A DNA stretch of 64,000 bases, from contig WJJJ01000021.1 in assembly GCA_014729775.1 (NCBI GenBank), forward strand, positions 24,788 through 88,787. Reading direction: 5' to 3'. Position 1 is the first letter of the stretch. The number at the start of each line of letters is the position of its first letter. This stretch comes from Candidatus Omnitrophota bacterium (GTDB taxonomy: Bacteria > Omnitrophota > Gorgyraeia > Duberdicusellales > 4484-171). The notes beneath the pieces were generated by a model, which saw only the letters and a program-made list of their open reading frames with translations, was not told where the DNA came from and ran no database searches. The position numbers and the translations under genes were made by a program. Shown here in pieces: positions 1 to 10,082 of this stretch.

Positions 1-90
1 ACCCTGCACTTCGGGGATTTGATAATTATGTGCGAGGATAACGGCGTTCAACACGTCCTTGCGCGCGGAAATGATCGTCGCATCACTCAT
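1..90 (-). CDS. nadA: Quinolinate synthase NadA, N-terminal fragment (continues past window start)
   Basis: Not in the ORF track. Manual translation from the ATG at 90 gives MSDATIISARKDVLNAVILAHNYQIPEVQG, containing the NadA N-terminal motif AVILAHNYQxPEVQ. GAGGTG SD lies just upstream. Confidence 0.85.
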   Translation of the reverse strand, partial: MSDATIISARKDVLNAVILAHNYQIPEVQG

Positions 91-112
91 ATTTCACCTC
101 ACAAGAAATCTT

Positions 113-204
113 ATTATACCGTTCTGAATATATTTGGCAAATACAAAATGCGCGCGAAAAACCGCGCTGATAGTGATTTACAAATACGCGCTGCAGGATA
201 CAAT
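113..204. promoter_or_regulatory. Divergent sigma70-type promoters for nadA (minus) and comF (plus)
   Basis: Minus strand: TTGCCA(140-135)-16 bp-TATAAT(118-113). Plus strand: TTTACA(177-182)-16 bp-TACAAT(199-204), ending 6 nt before the ATG at 211. The intergenic DNA is AT-rich. Confidence 0.5.
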
Positions 205-210
205 TTTATT

Positions 211-942
211 ATGAACTGTTCTGTCTTTCGCTCGCTGCAGGACCTCTTTTTTCCCCGCACCTGCTTTTCCTGCGGAAGCAGGATCACCGAGGGAATCCTC
301 TGCCCCCTTTGTCTGCGCCAAATCCGTTTCATCCGGCCGCCGGTCTGCCGGATGTGTTCCGGTGCGCTTGGCGACGGGACCGCGGTATGCCGGCGTTGTC
401 TCCGGTCCCGGCCGGCCTACCACCGGCTAATCTGCGCCGCACACGACACCGAGCCGCTCTCCGGACTTATCCGTCTGTTAAAATACCGGCACTATGACTT
501 CATCGGCGAATTCCTGTCCCGCCTTCTGGTTCGATACTGCCGGGAACAGGCGGTTTCCTTCCCGCCGGAAACCGTTGCCGTCGGGGTCCCGCTCCATCCG
601 GCCCGCCGCCGGGAACGCGGATATAACCAAACCGCCCTGCTGGCGAAAAACTTCTCGAAGTTTATTCACATTTCCTTCAGAGATGATATAATTGTGAGAT
701 TACGCAACCGGCCTTCGCAGACGCATCTGAGCATTGCACAACGGCGGAAGAACGTGCAGAATTCATTTATCGCTTCAAAACGTGCCAAGGGGAAAACTAT
801 CCTGCTTGTAGATGACATTTACACGACCGGGGCGACGGTCAACGCCTGCAGCCGCGTCTTGCGGGAAGCTGGAGCCGGCGATATTACCGTACTCACGGTA
901 GCCCGCGCATGCCCGGAACACACATACGGGGGAAAAGACTGA
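211..942 (+). CDS. comF: ComF family protein (double zinc ribbon + phosphoribosyltransferase domain)
   Basis: FPRTCxxC...CxxC...CxxC...CxxC, VPLHxxRRRERGYNQ and the PRPP loop ILLVDDIYTTGAT. Start moved from ORF-track 19 to ATG 211 because the upstream part overlaps nadA. Confidence 0.9.
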   Translation: MNCSVFRSLQDLFFPRTCFSCGSRITEGILCPLCLRQIRFIRPPVCRMCSGALGDGTAVCRRCLRSRPAYHRLICAAHDTEPLSGLIRLLKYRHYDFIGEFLSRLLVRYCREQAVSFPPETVAVGVPLHPARRRERGYNQTALLAKNFSKFIHISFRDDIIVRLRNRPSQTHLSIAQRRKNVQNSFIASKRAKGKTILLVDDIYTTGATVNACSRVLREAGAGDITVLTVARACPEHTYGGKD

Positions 943-2039
943 TGAGAATTCTCAGAAACTACATACTGAAAGACTTCTTTTCTACTTTTCTGTTCGCACT
1001 GCTCTCTCTCAGCATGGTTATGCTACTGGGGAACATGATGAAAATATCCGATATGGTGATCAGGAAAGGTGTGAGCGTGGCGGACGCGCTCAAGATCTTT
1101 TCCTTTTTTATCCCGTACCTGCTCGGATTCACGCTTCCCTTATCCTTTTTGCTGGGTATCCTGCTCAGCATGGGCAGACTGGTGACTGATAACGAGATCG
1201 TCGCCATCAGAGTCGCCGGCATTTCCTTACTGCGGATCCTGAGAATATTCATGATTATCGGCATCGTAGGATCGTTATTTCTCCTTCTTCTCAACGACCG
1301 GGTCATTCCGGACTATCATTATAAATATCATGCGCAGCTGAAAAACACTTTTTCGCAGAACGTATCGGCCTTAATTGAACCCGGAATTTTCCTAGAACAT
1401 TTCGACAATTACGTCTTATACGTGTCTGATAAGGAAGGGAACAAACTCAAAAACGTCTATATCTGGGAAGTCGACGACCAGGACGAAAAGAGCAAACTGG
1501 TATTCGCCCGCCGCGGCGAATTCGTCGTCGAAAACGATTTGATGAAGATGAAGCTTGAAGACGGGTTCCGGGACGAAGTGAATCTCGGAAACCGTGATGA
1601 GTTTTTCCAGATGGAATTCAAGATGTTCTTCATGGACATACCGATCCAGGAACGGACCCCCGTAAAAGTGAAAAAAAAGCCGGCGGATATGCATCTGACC
1701 GAAATCGCTGGAAAAATCCGCACTTTGCGGCTGAAAGGGATATGGCCGCCTCCGGTCGAACTTACGAAGGAACTCCACGAACGGATCAGTTTTTCGTTCT
1801 CGATCCTCACCTTTATTCTTCTGGGCTTCGGCGCGTCGTTGGTGGTGCGCCACCGGGAAAAAAGCATTAATTTCGGCATCGCGGTCATTATCGCCGGCAT
1901 GTATTATTTATTATTTATTCTCGGAGAAACATTGGTGGAATCGCACACAATCTCTCCGGCACTGGGCATGTGGATGCCGAATATCGCGGTAGGACTTTTG
2001 GGAGCGTATCTCATCTATCGTCATGCGTATCGTCGATAA
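942..2039 (+). CDS. lptF: LptF/LptG (YjgP/YjgQ) family LPS export permease, LptF-like
   Basis: MRILRNYIL start, 3 TM helices, DNEIVAIRVAGIS motif, periplasmic beta domain, 3 further TMs ending in WMPNI. The ATG overlaps the comF stop. Confidence 0.85.
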   Translation: MRILRNYILKDFFSTFLFALLSLSMVMLLGNMMKISDMVIRKGVSVADALKIFSFFIPYLLGFTLPLSFLLGILLSMGRLVTDNEIVAIRVAGISLLRILRIFMIIGIVGSLFLLLLNDRVIPDYHYKYHAQLKNTFSQNVSALIEPGIFLEHFDNYVLYVSDKEGNKLKNVYIWEVDDQDEKSKLVFARRGEFVVENDLMKMKLEDGFRDEVNLGNRDEFFQMEFKMFFMDIPIQERTPVKVKKKPADMHLTEIAGKIRTLRLKGIWPPPVELTKELHERISFSFSILTFILLGFGASLVVRHREKSINFGIAVIIAGMYYLLFILGETLVESHTISPALGMWMPNIAVGLLGAYLIYRHAYRR

Positions 2040-3108
2040 ATACATCCTCAGCCGCACCGTCCGGGTCTACGTCTTCGTGTTTCTTATCTTTGCCGGCTTG
2101 TATTTCATCATCGATCTCTTTTCACATTTAGAGGATTTCCTCGACACCGATCCTCCGATCGGAATACTCCTGCAGTATTACCTCAATATGCTTCCCTTGA
2201 TTTTCATGCGTGTCAGTCCTTTCGCCCTTCTTACCAGCGTGTTGTATACATTCGGGGAGCTCAACAAGCACAATGAAATGGTTACTTTACGCGCTTCCGG
2301 AATCAGCTCTTTCAAAATTGCTTTCCCGGCGGTATTCCTGGCCGTACTTATTTCCAGCGGCGCTTTTTTTCTCCAGGAAAAGGTCCTGATCTCCACCCAA
2401 AAAACCGTCGAGGACATATCCCTGCGTTATATCAAAAAGAAAGATCTTTCCTCCCATGAAATAAAACAGTTCCCGTTTGTCGCCGGAAATAAAATTTTCC
2501 TTGTCGAACATTTCTCCGCACTGGATGAGAAAATGGAAAAGGTCATCGTCTTCCAGGAAGGAAACGGGGGCAATATCGACCGTCAACTGCTCTGCCGGGA
2601 AATCATTTATCAAAACGGCAGCTGGATCGGATCCGATATCATTGAATACACATTCGACGACGAGGGAAGCAGGAGAGACCCCGTGCGCTGGCAGGAAAAG
2701 AAGATCCCGCTGGAAGAATCGCCTCAGGAACTGTTGTTTAAGAAAAGTATTTTTCTTCAGTTTGTCCCGTTAAAGGAACTGTACCAAAAAATCCAGAGTT
2801 TGAAAAAGATTCACACCGAAGCGAAATTGAACCCGCTGATCGTGGACTTCCACTACAAACTGGTCAATCCCTGGGCTCATTTTTTTCTTATTCTGGGGAC
2901 GCTCCCCCTGGCGCTCGAAATCCGCAAACGCAAAGTCGGCTTACTTTCTCTGGGAATCGGATTTCTGTTCTTTTTTCTTTATTACGTACTTTCGTTCATG
3001 AGCATGGCCCTGGGGAAAGAAGGCATCATCATCCCTTCGTTATCGGCGTGGCTGGCGCCGCTTTTTTTCCTCACAATGGGAATTACCGGCCTTTTTTCGA
3101 GCCGATAA
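2023..3108 (+). CDS. lptG: LptF/LptG family permease, LptG-like
   Basis: MRIVDKYI start, HNEMVTLRASGIS motif, terminal AWLAP helix; in tandem with an lptF-like paralogue. Confidence 0.85.
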   Translation: MRIVDKYILSRTVRVYVFVFLIFAGLYFIIDLFSHLEDFLDTDPPIGILLQYYLNMLPLIFMRVSPFALLTSVLYTFGELNKHNEMVTLRASGISSFKIAFPAVFLAVLISSGAFFLQEKVLISTQKTVEDISLRYIKKKDLSSHEIKQFPFVAGNKIFLVEHFSALDEKMEKVIVFQEGNGGNIDRQLLCREIIYQNGSWIGSDIIEYTFDDEGSRRDPVRWQEKKIPLEESPQELLFKKSIFLQFVPLKELYQKIQSLKKIHTEAKLNPLIVDFHYKLVNPWAHFFLILGTLPLALEIRKRKVGLLSLGIGFLFFFLYYVLSFMSMALGKEGIIIPSLSAWLAPLFFLTMGITGLFSSR

Positions 3109-3122
3109 CCCGCTTCTCCGTC

Positions 3123-3488
3123 TTACCAGAATTTCTCTTTTATCTGCTCATCCCAGCGATGCAGAGTGTGCAGGAACCGTTTCTTTTTATGTTCTCTTTC
3201 GAACGGAGGAGCGAAAAAGAACGTGGCATTTACCGTACCTTCCACGCACTCCTTTACCGCGACCATCGTACCCACCGGAATCCCCACGATCGCTCCGGTT
3301 ACCGGGTCGTATTCCTCGGCGTAATGGCCCATGGCAAGCGGCACGTTGGCCCAGGAAACCGATGCGTCGCCGACGCCGTAGCTCAATTTTTCGGCCGGAT
3401 CATGGTAGGGATCATAGATCCCCCGGTCGGCATAAGCACAGGGAACGCATAAGGCGAGCAGAAAAACACACAACAACCCTTTTTTCAT
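3123..3488 (-). CDS. Small secreted/membrane protein resembling the exosortase-associated TIGR04073-type family
   Basis: ATG 3488 with GGAGG SD; signal peptide MKKGLLCVFLLALCVPCAYA; KLxxGxxxxxxxWxxVP...GxxxG pattern. The family resemblance is tentative. Confidence 0.6.
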   Translation of the reverse strand: MKKGLLCVFLLALCVPCAYADRGIYDPYHDPAEKLSYGVGDASVSWANVPLAMGHYAEEYDPVTGAIVGIPVGTMVAVKECVEGTVNATFFFAPPFEREHKKKRFLHTLHRWDEQIKEKFW

Positions 3489-3622
3489 CTCCCCCCTCCT
3501 TTCTTCTGTCCACTGATATCCTGGATCAATATGCCCCTCTCTCTCACCCTTCTGATATACCATATTCAACCTGCGAACAACAGGGCCCAACGTCAAGAGA
3601 AACGCAAAAAAAGGAAACGCTT

Positions 3623-4777
3623 TCAGCGTGACTTTGTGTTTCCCCGGTAGATCCGGGGAATCCGGTCGGATAATCTGGTGAGGATCTCGTAGGGAATCGT
3701 CCCTGCCCAGTGGGCAAGCTGTTCGGCGGATACGCGGCGGCGGGAGGATTTTCCCAGCAAAATGACTTCGTCTCCAATACGGGCGTCTTGGCCCCTCGGT
3801 AGACGGAACATGAAATGATCCATGCATACCCGGCCGGTTTGAGGACAAAGACAATTCTTGAAAATTACCTGCGCGCGGTTTGACGCGCTCCAGGGATATC
3901 CATCCGCGTATCCGGCAGCGACCGTAGCGATTCGGGTACTGCTCTTGGCCCGGAATGTACGGCCGTAACTCACACTTCCGCCGCGGGGAACAATTTTCCG
4001 GTAGATCACCCGGCTTTTCAGCGACAATGCCGGAGAAAGCGGGAACTCGGTATTCGAAGCGGGTTGAACTCCGTATAACGCCAGCCCCGGGCGCACCAGG
4101 GAAAAATGCGAATCGGCGAAAAGCAGAGTCGCGGCACTGTTGGCGCAATGAACCAGACGCACCGGCACACCGGCAGTGCGCAATTGCGCCACGAACCCGC
4201 GAAACGCCTCAATCTGTGCACGCGTAAATTCCGGATCGGTATCCGCTACGGGAAAATGGGTAAACACACCGTCGATCTCAAGACGCGGGTAACGAGAACG
4301 AATTTCCTCCGCCAATTCGGCCGCCTGCCGGCGATAAGGTCCGAGGCGTCCCATTCCGGTATCAATCTTCAGATGAACCGGCACGGTACAGGCGCGTTTT
4401 TCGGCCGCTTTCTGCAGCTGACGAACGAGAGCAAGACCGGCGACGGCGGGAATCACACGGTATTCCAGACAATAGGAAGCGTATTTCGGCAAAAGGAGGC
4501 TTAGTAACAGAATCTCTTTTTTTATCCCCGCTTTCCTCAACTGAATGGCTTCTTCCAGGCTGCCCACTCCGAACAGGTCCGCCCCCGCCGCGGCAAAAGC
4601 CCGCGCCGCCGGGATCAATCCATGGCCGTAGGCTTCCTGTTTTACCGTCGCCAATATTTTCACCCTGGTTCCTACGTGCCGGCGAATGTGTTTCAGATTG
4701 CGGCGCAGCGCCGAATCGTCCACCTCAATCCATAATGGGCGGAAAAAAAGAGGATCGCGAGAACCCGGACGGCTCAT
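3623..4777 (-). CDS. alr: Alanine racemase
   Basis: PLP lysine motif ATVKQEAYGHG, HLKIDTGMGRLG, VSYG, GYADG, GRVCMD and TIPYEIL. Confidence 0.95.
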   Translation of the reverse strand: MSRPGSRDPLFFRPLWIEVDDSALRRNLKHIRRHVGTRVKILATVKQEAYGHGLIPAARAFAAAGADLFGVGSLEEAIQLRKAGIKKEILLLSLLLPKYASYCLEYRVIPAVAGLALVRQLQKAAEKRACTVPVHLKIDTGMGRLGPYRRQAAELAEEIRSRYPRLEIDGVFTHFPVADTDPEFTRAQIEAFRGFVAQLRTAGVPVRLVHCANSAATLLFADSHFSLVRPGLALYGVQPASNTEFPLSPALSLKSRVIYRKIVPRGGSVSYGRTFRAKSSTRIATVAAGYADGYPWSASNRAQVIFKNCLCPQTGRVCMDHFMFRLPRGQDARIGDEVILLGKSSRRRVSAEQLAHWAGTIPYEILTRLSDRIPRIYRGNTKSR

Positions 4778-5445
4778 GCTGCGGACCTCCGTATTTGGCA
4801 TGTATCCGGGTGAAGATACCACGGCTCCAGTTCCTTCAGCGGAACGAACTGCCGCCGACGGAACGACTCAGCCGCGGACGGCAGGAAATACTGAGCCCGG
4901 GGAAAGACAAGGGTTTCAATCCGATGAACCTCAGGGAAGCGGGTATTTAACTCCTCCCGCACGCTCACATCCGGCGTCAGGAACAGATATTCGCGGTGCG
5001 CGGGAACAAAATCCTTGGGCCGGACAAGCGTCGCGGTCTTCTCCCCGGAAAGTGCCTTAGCGGCGCCCCCCCGGAACGTCGCCCCGTACCACAGCTCGCG
5101 GCGGGCATCGGCAACAACCGCGATCTTTTCGTGCTGTCGGAAGGGATAGGCGCAGGAAAAAAAACTGCCTATCCGCATCACGGGAACATTCAGCGCAATA
5201 CTGAGCCCCTTCACCGCGGCGAATGAGATACGCAAACCGGTAAAAGATCCCGGCCCTCCCCCGACCGCCAGCGCATCAAGTTCCTCAAGCCGGATACCGC
5301 TGTTCCTGCACACGGAATCCAATTCGGCGATCAATGCCGAAGCGCTGCGCGCGGCAATCCGGTTGTAAGTCACCGCCGGCCTGTCTCCTTCGGAAAACGC
5401 AAAGGAAAGATTTTCTGTCGATGTATCCACTAACAATAACTTCAT
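4774..5445 (-). CDS. tsaB: tRNA t6A biosynthesis protein TsaB
   Basis: LLVDTST, GGPGSFTGLRI and DARR motifs; adjacent to tsaE. Confidence 0.93.
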   Translation of the reverse strand: MKLLLVDTSTENLSFAFSEGDRPAVTYNRIAARSASALIAELDSVCRNSGIRLEELDALAVGGGPGSFTGLRISFAAVKGLSIALNVPVMRIGSFFSCAYPFRQHEKIAVVADARRELWYGATFRGGAAKALSGEKTATLVRPKDFVPAHREYLFLTPDVSVREELNTRFPEVHRIETLVFPRAQYFLPSAAESFRRRQFVPLKELEPWYLHPDTCQIRRSAA

Positions 5446-5909
5446 GGGGCATCCGATACAACTATATCGCGGCCAGGAAATCCCTTCAAGGATAATTTCA
5501 TCAGACGAACATCCCGTTCAAGGAACGAAAAGGTAATTTTTAAGAAACGCGGCAGATAGCGTTCGACTTTCTCCCCCCATTCGATCACACAGACAGTATC
5601 CGGCGCATACCAATATTCGTCCAGCCCCGCGGAAAAAACCTCGTCGGGAGCGATACGATAAAGGTCCATATGATAGAGCACCGGCCGGGCCTGATAACGC
5701 CGCAGGAGAGTAAACGTGGGACTCCTCACGGGATCCTCACTCCCGCATCCCCGGGCGAACCCGCGAACAAAGGTCGTTTTCCCCCCGCCCAAGGCGCCCT
5801 CAAGCAAAACCACATCGCCGGCACGGCAAAATTGAGCACACCTCTGCCCCAGCAGAGTGGTTTTTTCGGCGGAATCGCTCTTCAGCGTGATTTGCGTGTG
5901 TTCGCCCAT
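5442..5909 (-). CDS. tsaE: tRNA t6A biosynthesis ATPase TsaE
   Basis: GALGGGKTTF, VRSPTFTL, HMDLYR and IEW motifs. Confidence 0.95.
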   Translation of the reverse strand: MGEHTQITLKSDSAEKTTLLGQRCAQFCRAGDVVLLEGALGGGKTTFVRGFARGCGSEDPVRSPTFTLLRRYQARPVLYHMDLYRIAPDEVFSAGLDEYWYAPDTVCVIEWGEKVERYLPRFLKITFSFLERDVRLMKLSLKGFPGRDIVVSDAP

Positions 5910-6934
5910 CGGGTAATTTTCCTGAGGTTCGGTGTATGAATCACTCCGGTTTCGGTGACCAGCGCGGAGATATATTTCGCCGGGGTCACGTCGAACGCAG
6001 GGTTCTCCACGGGCACCTTCCCGGGCGCGATCGTCTGGCGCCCGCGGACTTTGCGCACCTCATCGGGATGACGCTGTTCAATGGGAATAAGCTCTCCCCG
6101 CGCTAAGCTCAGATCGAACGTACTGGACGGCGCCGCGACATAAAACGGGATCCCATGATGAGCGGCAAGTACCGCCAGACTGTAGGTGCCGATTTTATTC
6201 GCCGCGTCACCGTTGGCGGCGATCCGGTCGGCGCCGACGAATATCTTATCTATTTTGCCCTGCCGCATCAGCGCCGCGGCCATATTATCGGAAATCAGCG
6301 TGCAGGGCACGCCACTGGTAAAAAGTTCCCACGCGGTGAGACGGGCCCCCTGCAGCAGCGGCCTGGTCTCATCCACGTATACATGAATCCGTTTCTTTTG
6401 CCGGTGCGCGGTATACACGACCGCCAAAGCGGTCCCTATACCTCCGGTTGCCAACGCTCCCGCGTTACAGTGAGTCAACAGCCGGTCTCCCCGCTTGACG
6501 AGTTGAGCGCCGTAACGGCCCATCTGACGGCACATGCGGCAATCCTCGTCGTGAATACGGCGGGCTTGGGCCCATAAAATCCGTTTTACCTCCGCGGAGG
6601 TCCGCGGAGCACAGTTTTCCGCGGCACGACGCATGCGCTGCACCGCCCAGGAAAGATTCACCGCCGTGGGACGGGCGGCATTCAACCGCGCGGCTGCGTC
6701 CCGTACGAACTCTACCAGAACCGCACCGCCGCCGCGCTTTTTGCGCGCGCACACGGCGATACAGTAGGCGGCAAACACTCCGATCAAAGGAGCGCCGCGA
6801 ACCCGCAATTGCGAAATCGCCCGCATCCCGTGGTCGACGGTTTCACACCGCCGCCACACCTCCTTTTCCGGAAGCAGACGCTGATCGAGATAACGAAGCG
6901 TGTACCGCGATATCTTAATCGATTCGATCTTCAT
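5882..6934 (-). CDS. mtnA: S-methyl-5-thioribose-1-phosphate isomerase
   Basis: LDQRLLP, VRGAPLIG, RPTAVNL, THCNAGALAT, ETRPLLQGARLT, GADRIAANGDAANKIGTY and NPAFDVTP. Confidence 0.95.
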   Translation of the reverse strand: MKIESIKISRYTLRYLDQRLLPEKEVWRRCETVDHGMRAISQLRVRGAPLIGVFAAYCIAVCARKKRGGGAVLVEFVRDAAARLNAARPTAVNLSWAVQRMRRAAENCAPRTSAEVKRILWAQARRIHDEDCRMCRQMGRYGAQLVKRGDRLLTHCNAGALATGGIGTALAVVYTAHRQKKRIHVYVDETRPLLQGARLTAWELFTSGVPCTLISDNMAAALMRQGKIDKIFVGADRIAANGDAANKIGTYSLAVLAAHHGIPFYVAAPSSTFDLSLARGELIPIEQRHPDEVRKVRGRQTIAPGKVPVENPAFDVTPAKYISALVTETGVIHTPNLRKITRWANTRKSR

Positions 6935-7706
6935 CGTGAAACTCCTTCCGTCGGAACAGACGAGCGGCGTTTGCCGCTACCTGAGTCTGGAGATCAGCCA
7001 GCGCGACCCCTTTACATTCAGCGGCGAACACATACACCGCTTCCAGATCCAGGGGGGTCGTCGCCGCGCCGCGCAGGCGCATATACGGAGAATCAGTTTC
7101 CAGCAAAATTTGGGATAACGGACACTGCCGGAGCGATTCAATGATCCTCTTCTTCTGCCGCAGTATGTTCAGGGAAAAAGACGCGGTTCCCCCCTTATCC
7201 GTGATCCGGGCCAGAAGCGCCGGAGAGTAGGAGTAACAATGGAAAACCACCTCCCGGTAATCGGAAAAGACCCGGTCAATCGTCTCAAGGACCGTATCTT
7301 CCGGTTCCTGCGTGAGATCCACGCGGGAGTGAATCATCACCGGAAGAGCGCATTCCCGCGCCAGCCGGAGAAACTCAAAAAACACGTGCTCCTGGTCTTC
7401 CCTGGATGCGTCCGCTTTATAATCGATACCGATCTCCCCTATCGCGACAACCCGCCCGCGGAAACGCGAAATGAGCTCCCGGTAGGAAGAGATGGTGCTG
7501 CCGGTATACGTCCCGGCCCGAAAAGGATGGAATCCGACCGCCGCGTACACGTACGGATTTTGCCCGGCGAGCGCGGTTGACTTCTCTGTAGTTGCCAGAT
7601 CAATCGAAGAATTTACGCATAAGAATTCGGATGATAACCGTGCCGCAACCCGGTTCAGGTCATCCTGAGAAAGAGAAGTAAGATGGCAGTGCGCGTCAAT
7701 CAACAT
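6915..7706 (-). CDS. tatD: TatD family DNase
   Basis: MLIDAHCHL, GFHP, AIGEIGIDY, IHSR, FHCYS and LLETDSPY; follows metG. Confidence 0.92.
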   Translation of the reverse strand: MLIDAHCHLTSLSQDDLNRVAARLSSEFLCVNSSIDLATTEKSTALAGQNPYVYAAVGFHPFRAGTYTGSTISSYRELISRFRGRVVAIGEIGIDYKADASREDQEHVFFEFLRLARECALPVMIHSRVDLTQEPEDTVLETIDRVFSDYREVVFHCYSYSPALLARITDKGGTASFSLNILRQKKRIIESLRQCPLSQILLETDSPYMRLRGAATTPLDLEAVYVFAAECKGVALADLQTQVAANAARLFRRKEFHDEDRID

Positions 7707-9267
7707 CAATACGAGGGAATAACGGTGTTTCTTTATGCACGTGAAAACTTCCGTCTGCATGCCAATCCGCGTGTTCCAACGCACCCTGTCGTGCGAGGAG
7801 TGAAGAATCAATGCCTATCTGGCGAAATATCGTCCGGGCGGTACCGGGAATAAAGGGAGAAAGATACACCGCCACGACCCGAATTCCCTCGAGAAGATGA
7901 TAAAGGAACACGCCCAACTCATCCGTCCGGCCGGCTTTGTTCAATTCCCACGGCTTTCGTTCCTCTACGTATTTATTCATCAGCCGCACGAACTCAAACA
8001 CCTGCGCAAGCGCGTTCGAAAAATCTCCCTGATCCATTAAACGGGGATATTCGGATTTCACCGTGGCGAACACCCCGGCAAAAGACTCCGGGAGCGGCGA
8101 GGATATCCCGGACACCAAACCTTGCGCGTATTTCTCGGTCATGTTGATCGTCCTATATACCAAATTCCCCAAATCATTCGCCAAATCGCTGTTCATCCGG
8201 TTCACAATTGCCCGCCAGGAATAGTTCCCGTCCATGCCGATGGGAACCTCCCGCAAAAGGAAGTAACGAAGCGCGTCGACTCCGCTTGACGATTCATCTT
8301 CGCGACCGCCGCCGAGCTGCGGGATGATTTGCCGCGGATCGATGATGTTGCCCCTGGACTTCGACATCTTCTCTCCTTCAAATTTCCACCAGCCGTGCGC
8401 GAAAATCACTTTCGGCTGCGGCAGTCCGAGCGCTCGCAGCATCACCGGCCAAAACACGGCGTGATGACGGAGAATATCTTTTGCCATAAAATGTACGTCC
8501 GCGGGCCACACCCGGCCAAACCGGTCAGGATCAGTCAAATACCCCGCTCCGCTGATATAATTCAGGAGCGCATCAAACCATACATAGACCACGTATTCGG
8601 GATCGAGCGGGAACTCCACGCCCCAGGATACCCGGCTCCTCGGGCGGGATATACAGAGATCTTCAAGCGGGTTATTTTCCAGAAATCCCCTCACCTCGTT
8701 ATACCGCACCTGAGGACGAATCCAATCCGGGTGCTCCCGCAACTGAGATTTCAGCCACGGTTCATATTTCGACAGACGGAAGAAATAATTTTCTTCCTCG
8801 AATTCCTGCAGGTCCCTGCGGCAATCCGGACATCTCCCTTCGGTTTCCTTGATTTGCGGTTCGGTCCAGAAAGATTCACAGGGCACACAATAGAACGCGC
8901 GGTAGGAAGCCTTATAGATATCCCCGTTCCGGTCCAGCCTGCGGATCACTTCCTGAACCGCGTGCTGATGGAACTGATCCGTGGTACGGATAAAAAAATC
9001 ATATCCGATGTCCAGCATTTCCCACAAGGCGGTAAAATGCTCCACCACGGAGTCCACGTACGGCTTTACCTCCTGCTGGTGCTGGTGAGCGGCTTTCTTG
9101 ATCTTCTCGCCGTGCTCATCGGTACCGGTCATGAAAAATACGTCCGCGCCCCGAAGACGCTGATACCGCGCCATGCAATCGGCGATTACGTTCGTATAGG
9201 CGTGTCCCACGTGGGGTTTGGCATTCACGTAATATAGGGGCGTGGTGACATAATACTTAGCACCCAT
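7696..9267 (-). CDS. metG: Methionyl-tRNA synthetase (short form without C-terminal OB domain)
   Basis: YVTTPLYYVNAKPHVGH (HIGH), TGTDEHG, Zn knuckle CVPC/CPDC and KMSKS. Confidence 0.96.
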   Translation of the reverse strand: MGAKYYVTTPLYYVNAKPHVGHAYTNVIADCMARYQRLRGADVFFMTGTDEHGEKIKKAAHQHQQEVKPYVDSVVEHFTALWEMLDIGYDFFIRTTDQFHQHAVQEVIRRLDRNGDIYKASYRAFYCVPCESFWTEPQIKETEGRCPDCRRDLQEFEEENYFFRLSKYEPWLKSQLREHPDWIRPQVRYNEVRGFLENNPLEDLCISRPRSRVSWGVEFPLDPEYVVYVWFDALLNYISGAGYLTDPDRFGRVWPADVHFMAKDILRHHAVFWPVMLRALGLPQPKVIFAHGWWKFEGEKMSKSRGNIIDPRQIIPQLGGGREDESSSGVDALRYFLLREVPIGMDGNYSWRAIVNRMNSDLANDLGNLVYRTINMTEKYAQGLVSGISSPLPESFAGVFATVKSEYPRLMDQGDFSNALAQVFEFVRLMNKYVEERKPWELNKAGRTDELGVFLYHLLEGIRVVAVYLSPFIPGTARTIFRQIGIDSSLLARQGALEHADWHADGSFHVHKETPLFPRIDVD

Positions 9268-10072
9268 TACATTTCCCTTTTCCGCAAAGCTCCACTTTTT
9301 CCACTCGTCCGTCTTCAAGTTCCACGTATATCGTACGCTTGAGCACATTCACCGAAGTGACCTTACCCCTTCCTTTCGGCGTTTCAAACCACTGGCCCTC
9401 TTTGGGAAGTCCCTTGCCCAGCTCCCGGTAATTCTTATACTCGTAAGACAAACAGCACATCAGCCGCCCGCAGATCCCCGAGATCTTTCCCGAACTTAAC
9501 GGAAGCTTTTGCTGTTTCGCCATTTTCATGCTCACCGGCTCAAAATTCTTCAAAAAACGGACACAGCACAGCTTCTGACCGCAGGGGCCTACGCCGCCGA
9601 ACAGCCGGGCTTCGTCGCGAACTCCGATCTGCCGCATTTCGATACGCCGCTTAAATACCTTCGCGAGATCCTTCACTAATTCTCTGAAGTCAATGCGGCC
9701 TTCCGCGGTAAAGTAAAACACGATTTTCTTTTTGTCAAAAGAATATTCCGACTCGACCAGCTTCATCTTCAGCTTGTATTCGCGGATTTTTCGCGTACAG
9801 ATCCGCATTGCGTCACGGGCTTCTTTCCCGTTCTGCCGAATAACCCGCATATCCTCCTCGGTCACCTTACGCAGGATACTTTTCAAGGAATTATTCTCTC
9901 TTTTCCCCGGGTTATCCCGGTCGAGCTCAAGTTCGCTTACTTCCACTACTTCCCCGAAATCGGTGCCCCGGTCCGCCTCTACGATCACGTAGTCGTGGAC
10001 GTGAATCCCCTCGTCGACCTTATAAGTCATCAGTGGACCGGCCTCTCTTAAACGCACTAACGCAACTCTCAT
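9257..10072 (-). CDS. ricT: PSP1 domain protein (RicT/YaaT family)
   Basis: RIDFRELVKDL, RIEMRQIGVRDEA, GPCG..LCC and KISGICGRLMCCL; lies between holB and metG. Confidence 0.9.
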   Translation of the reverse strand: MRVALVRLREAGPLMTYKVDEGIHVHDYVIVEADRGTDFGEVVEVSELELDRDNPGKRENNSLKSILRKVTEEDMRVIRQNGKEARDAMRICTRKIREYKLKMKLVESEYSFDKKKIVFYFTAEGRIDFRELVKDLAKVFKRRIEMRQIGVRDEARLFGGVGPCGQKLCCVRFLKNFEPVSMKMAKQQKLPLSSGKISGICGRLMCCLSYEYKNYRELGKGLPKEGQWFETPKGRGKVTSVNVLKRTIYVELEDGRVEKVELCGKGKCNGC

Positions 10073-10082
10073 CGTACCACTC

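Noticed and set aside
3489-4148. N-terminal extension of the 341 aa ORF 3123..4148
   Set aside because: It overlaps alr in another frame; a good SD, ATG and signal peptide at 3488 define the real gene.
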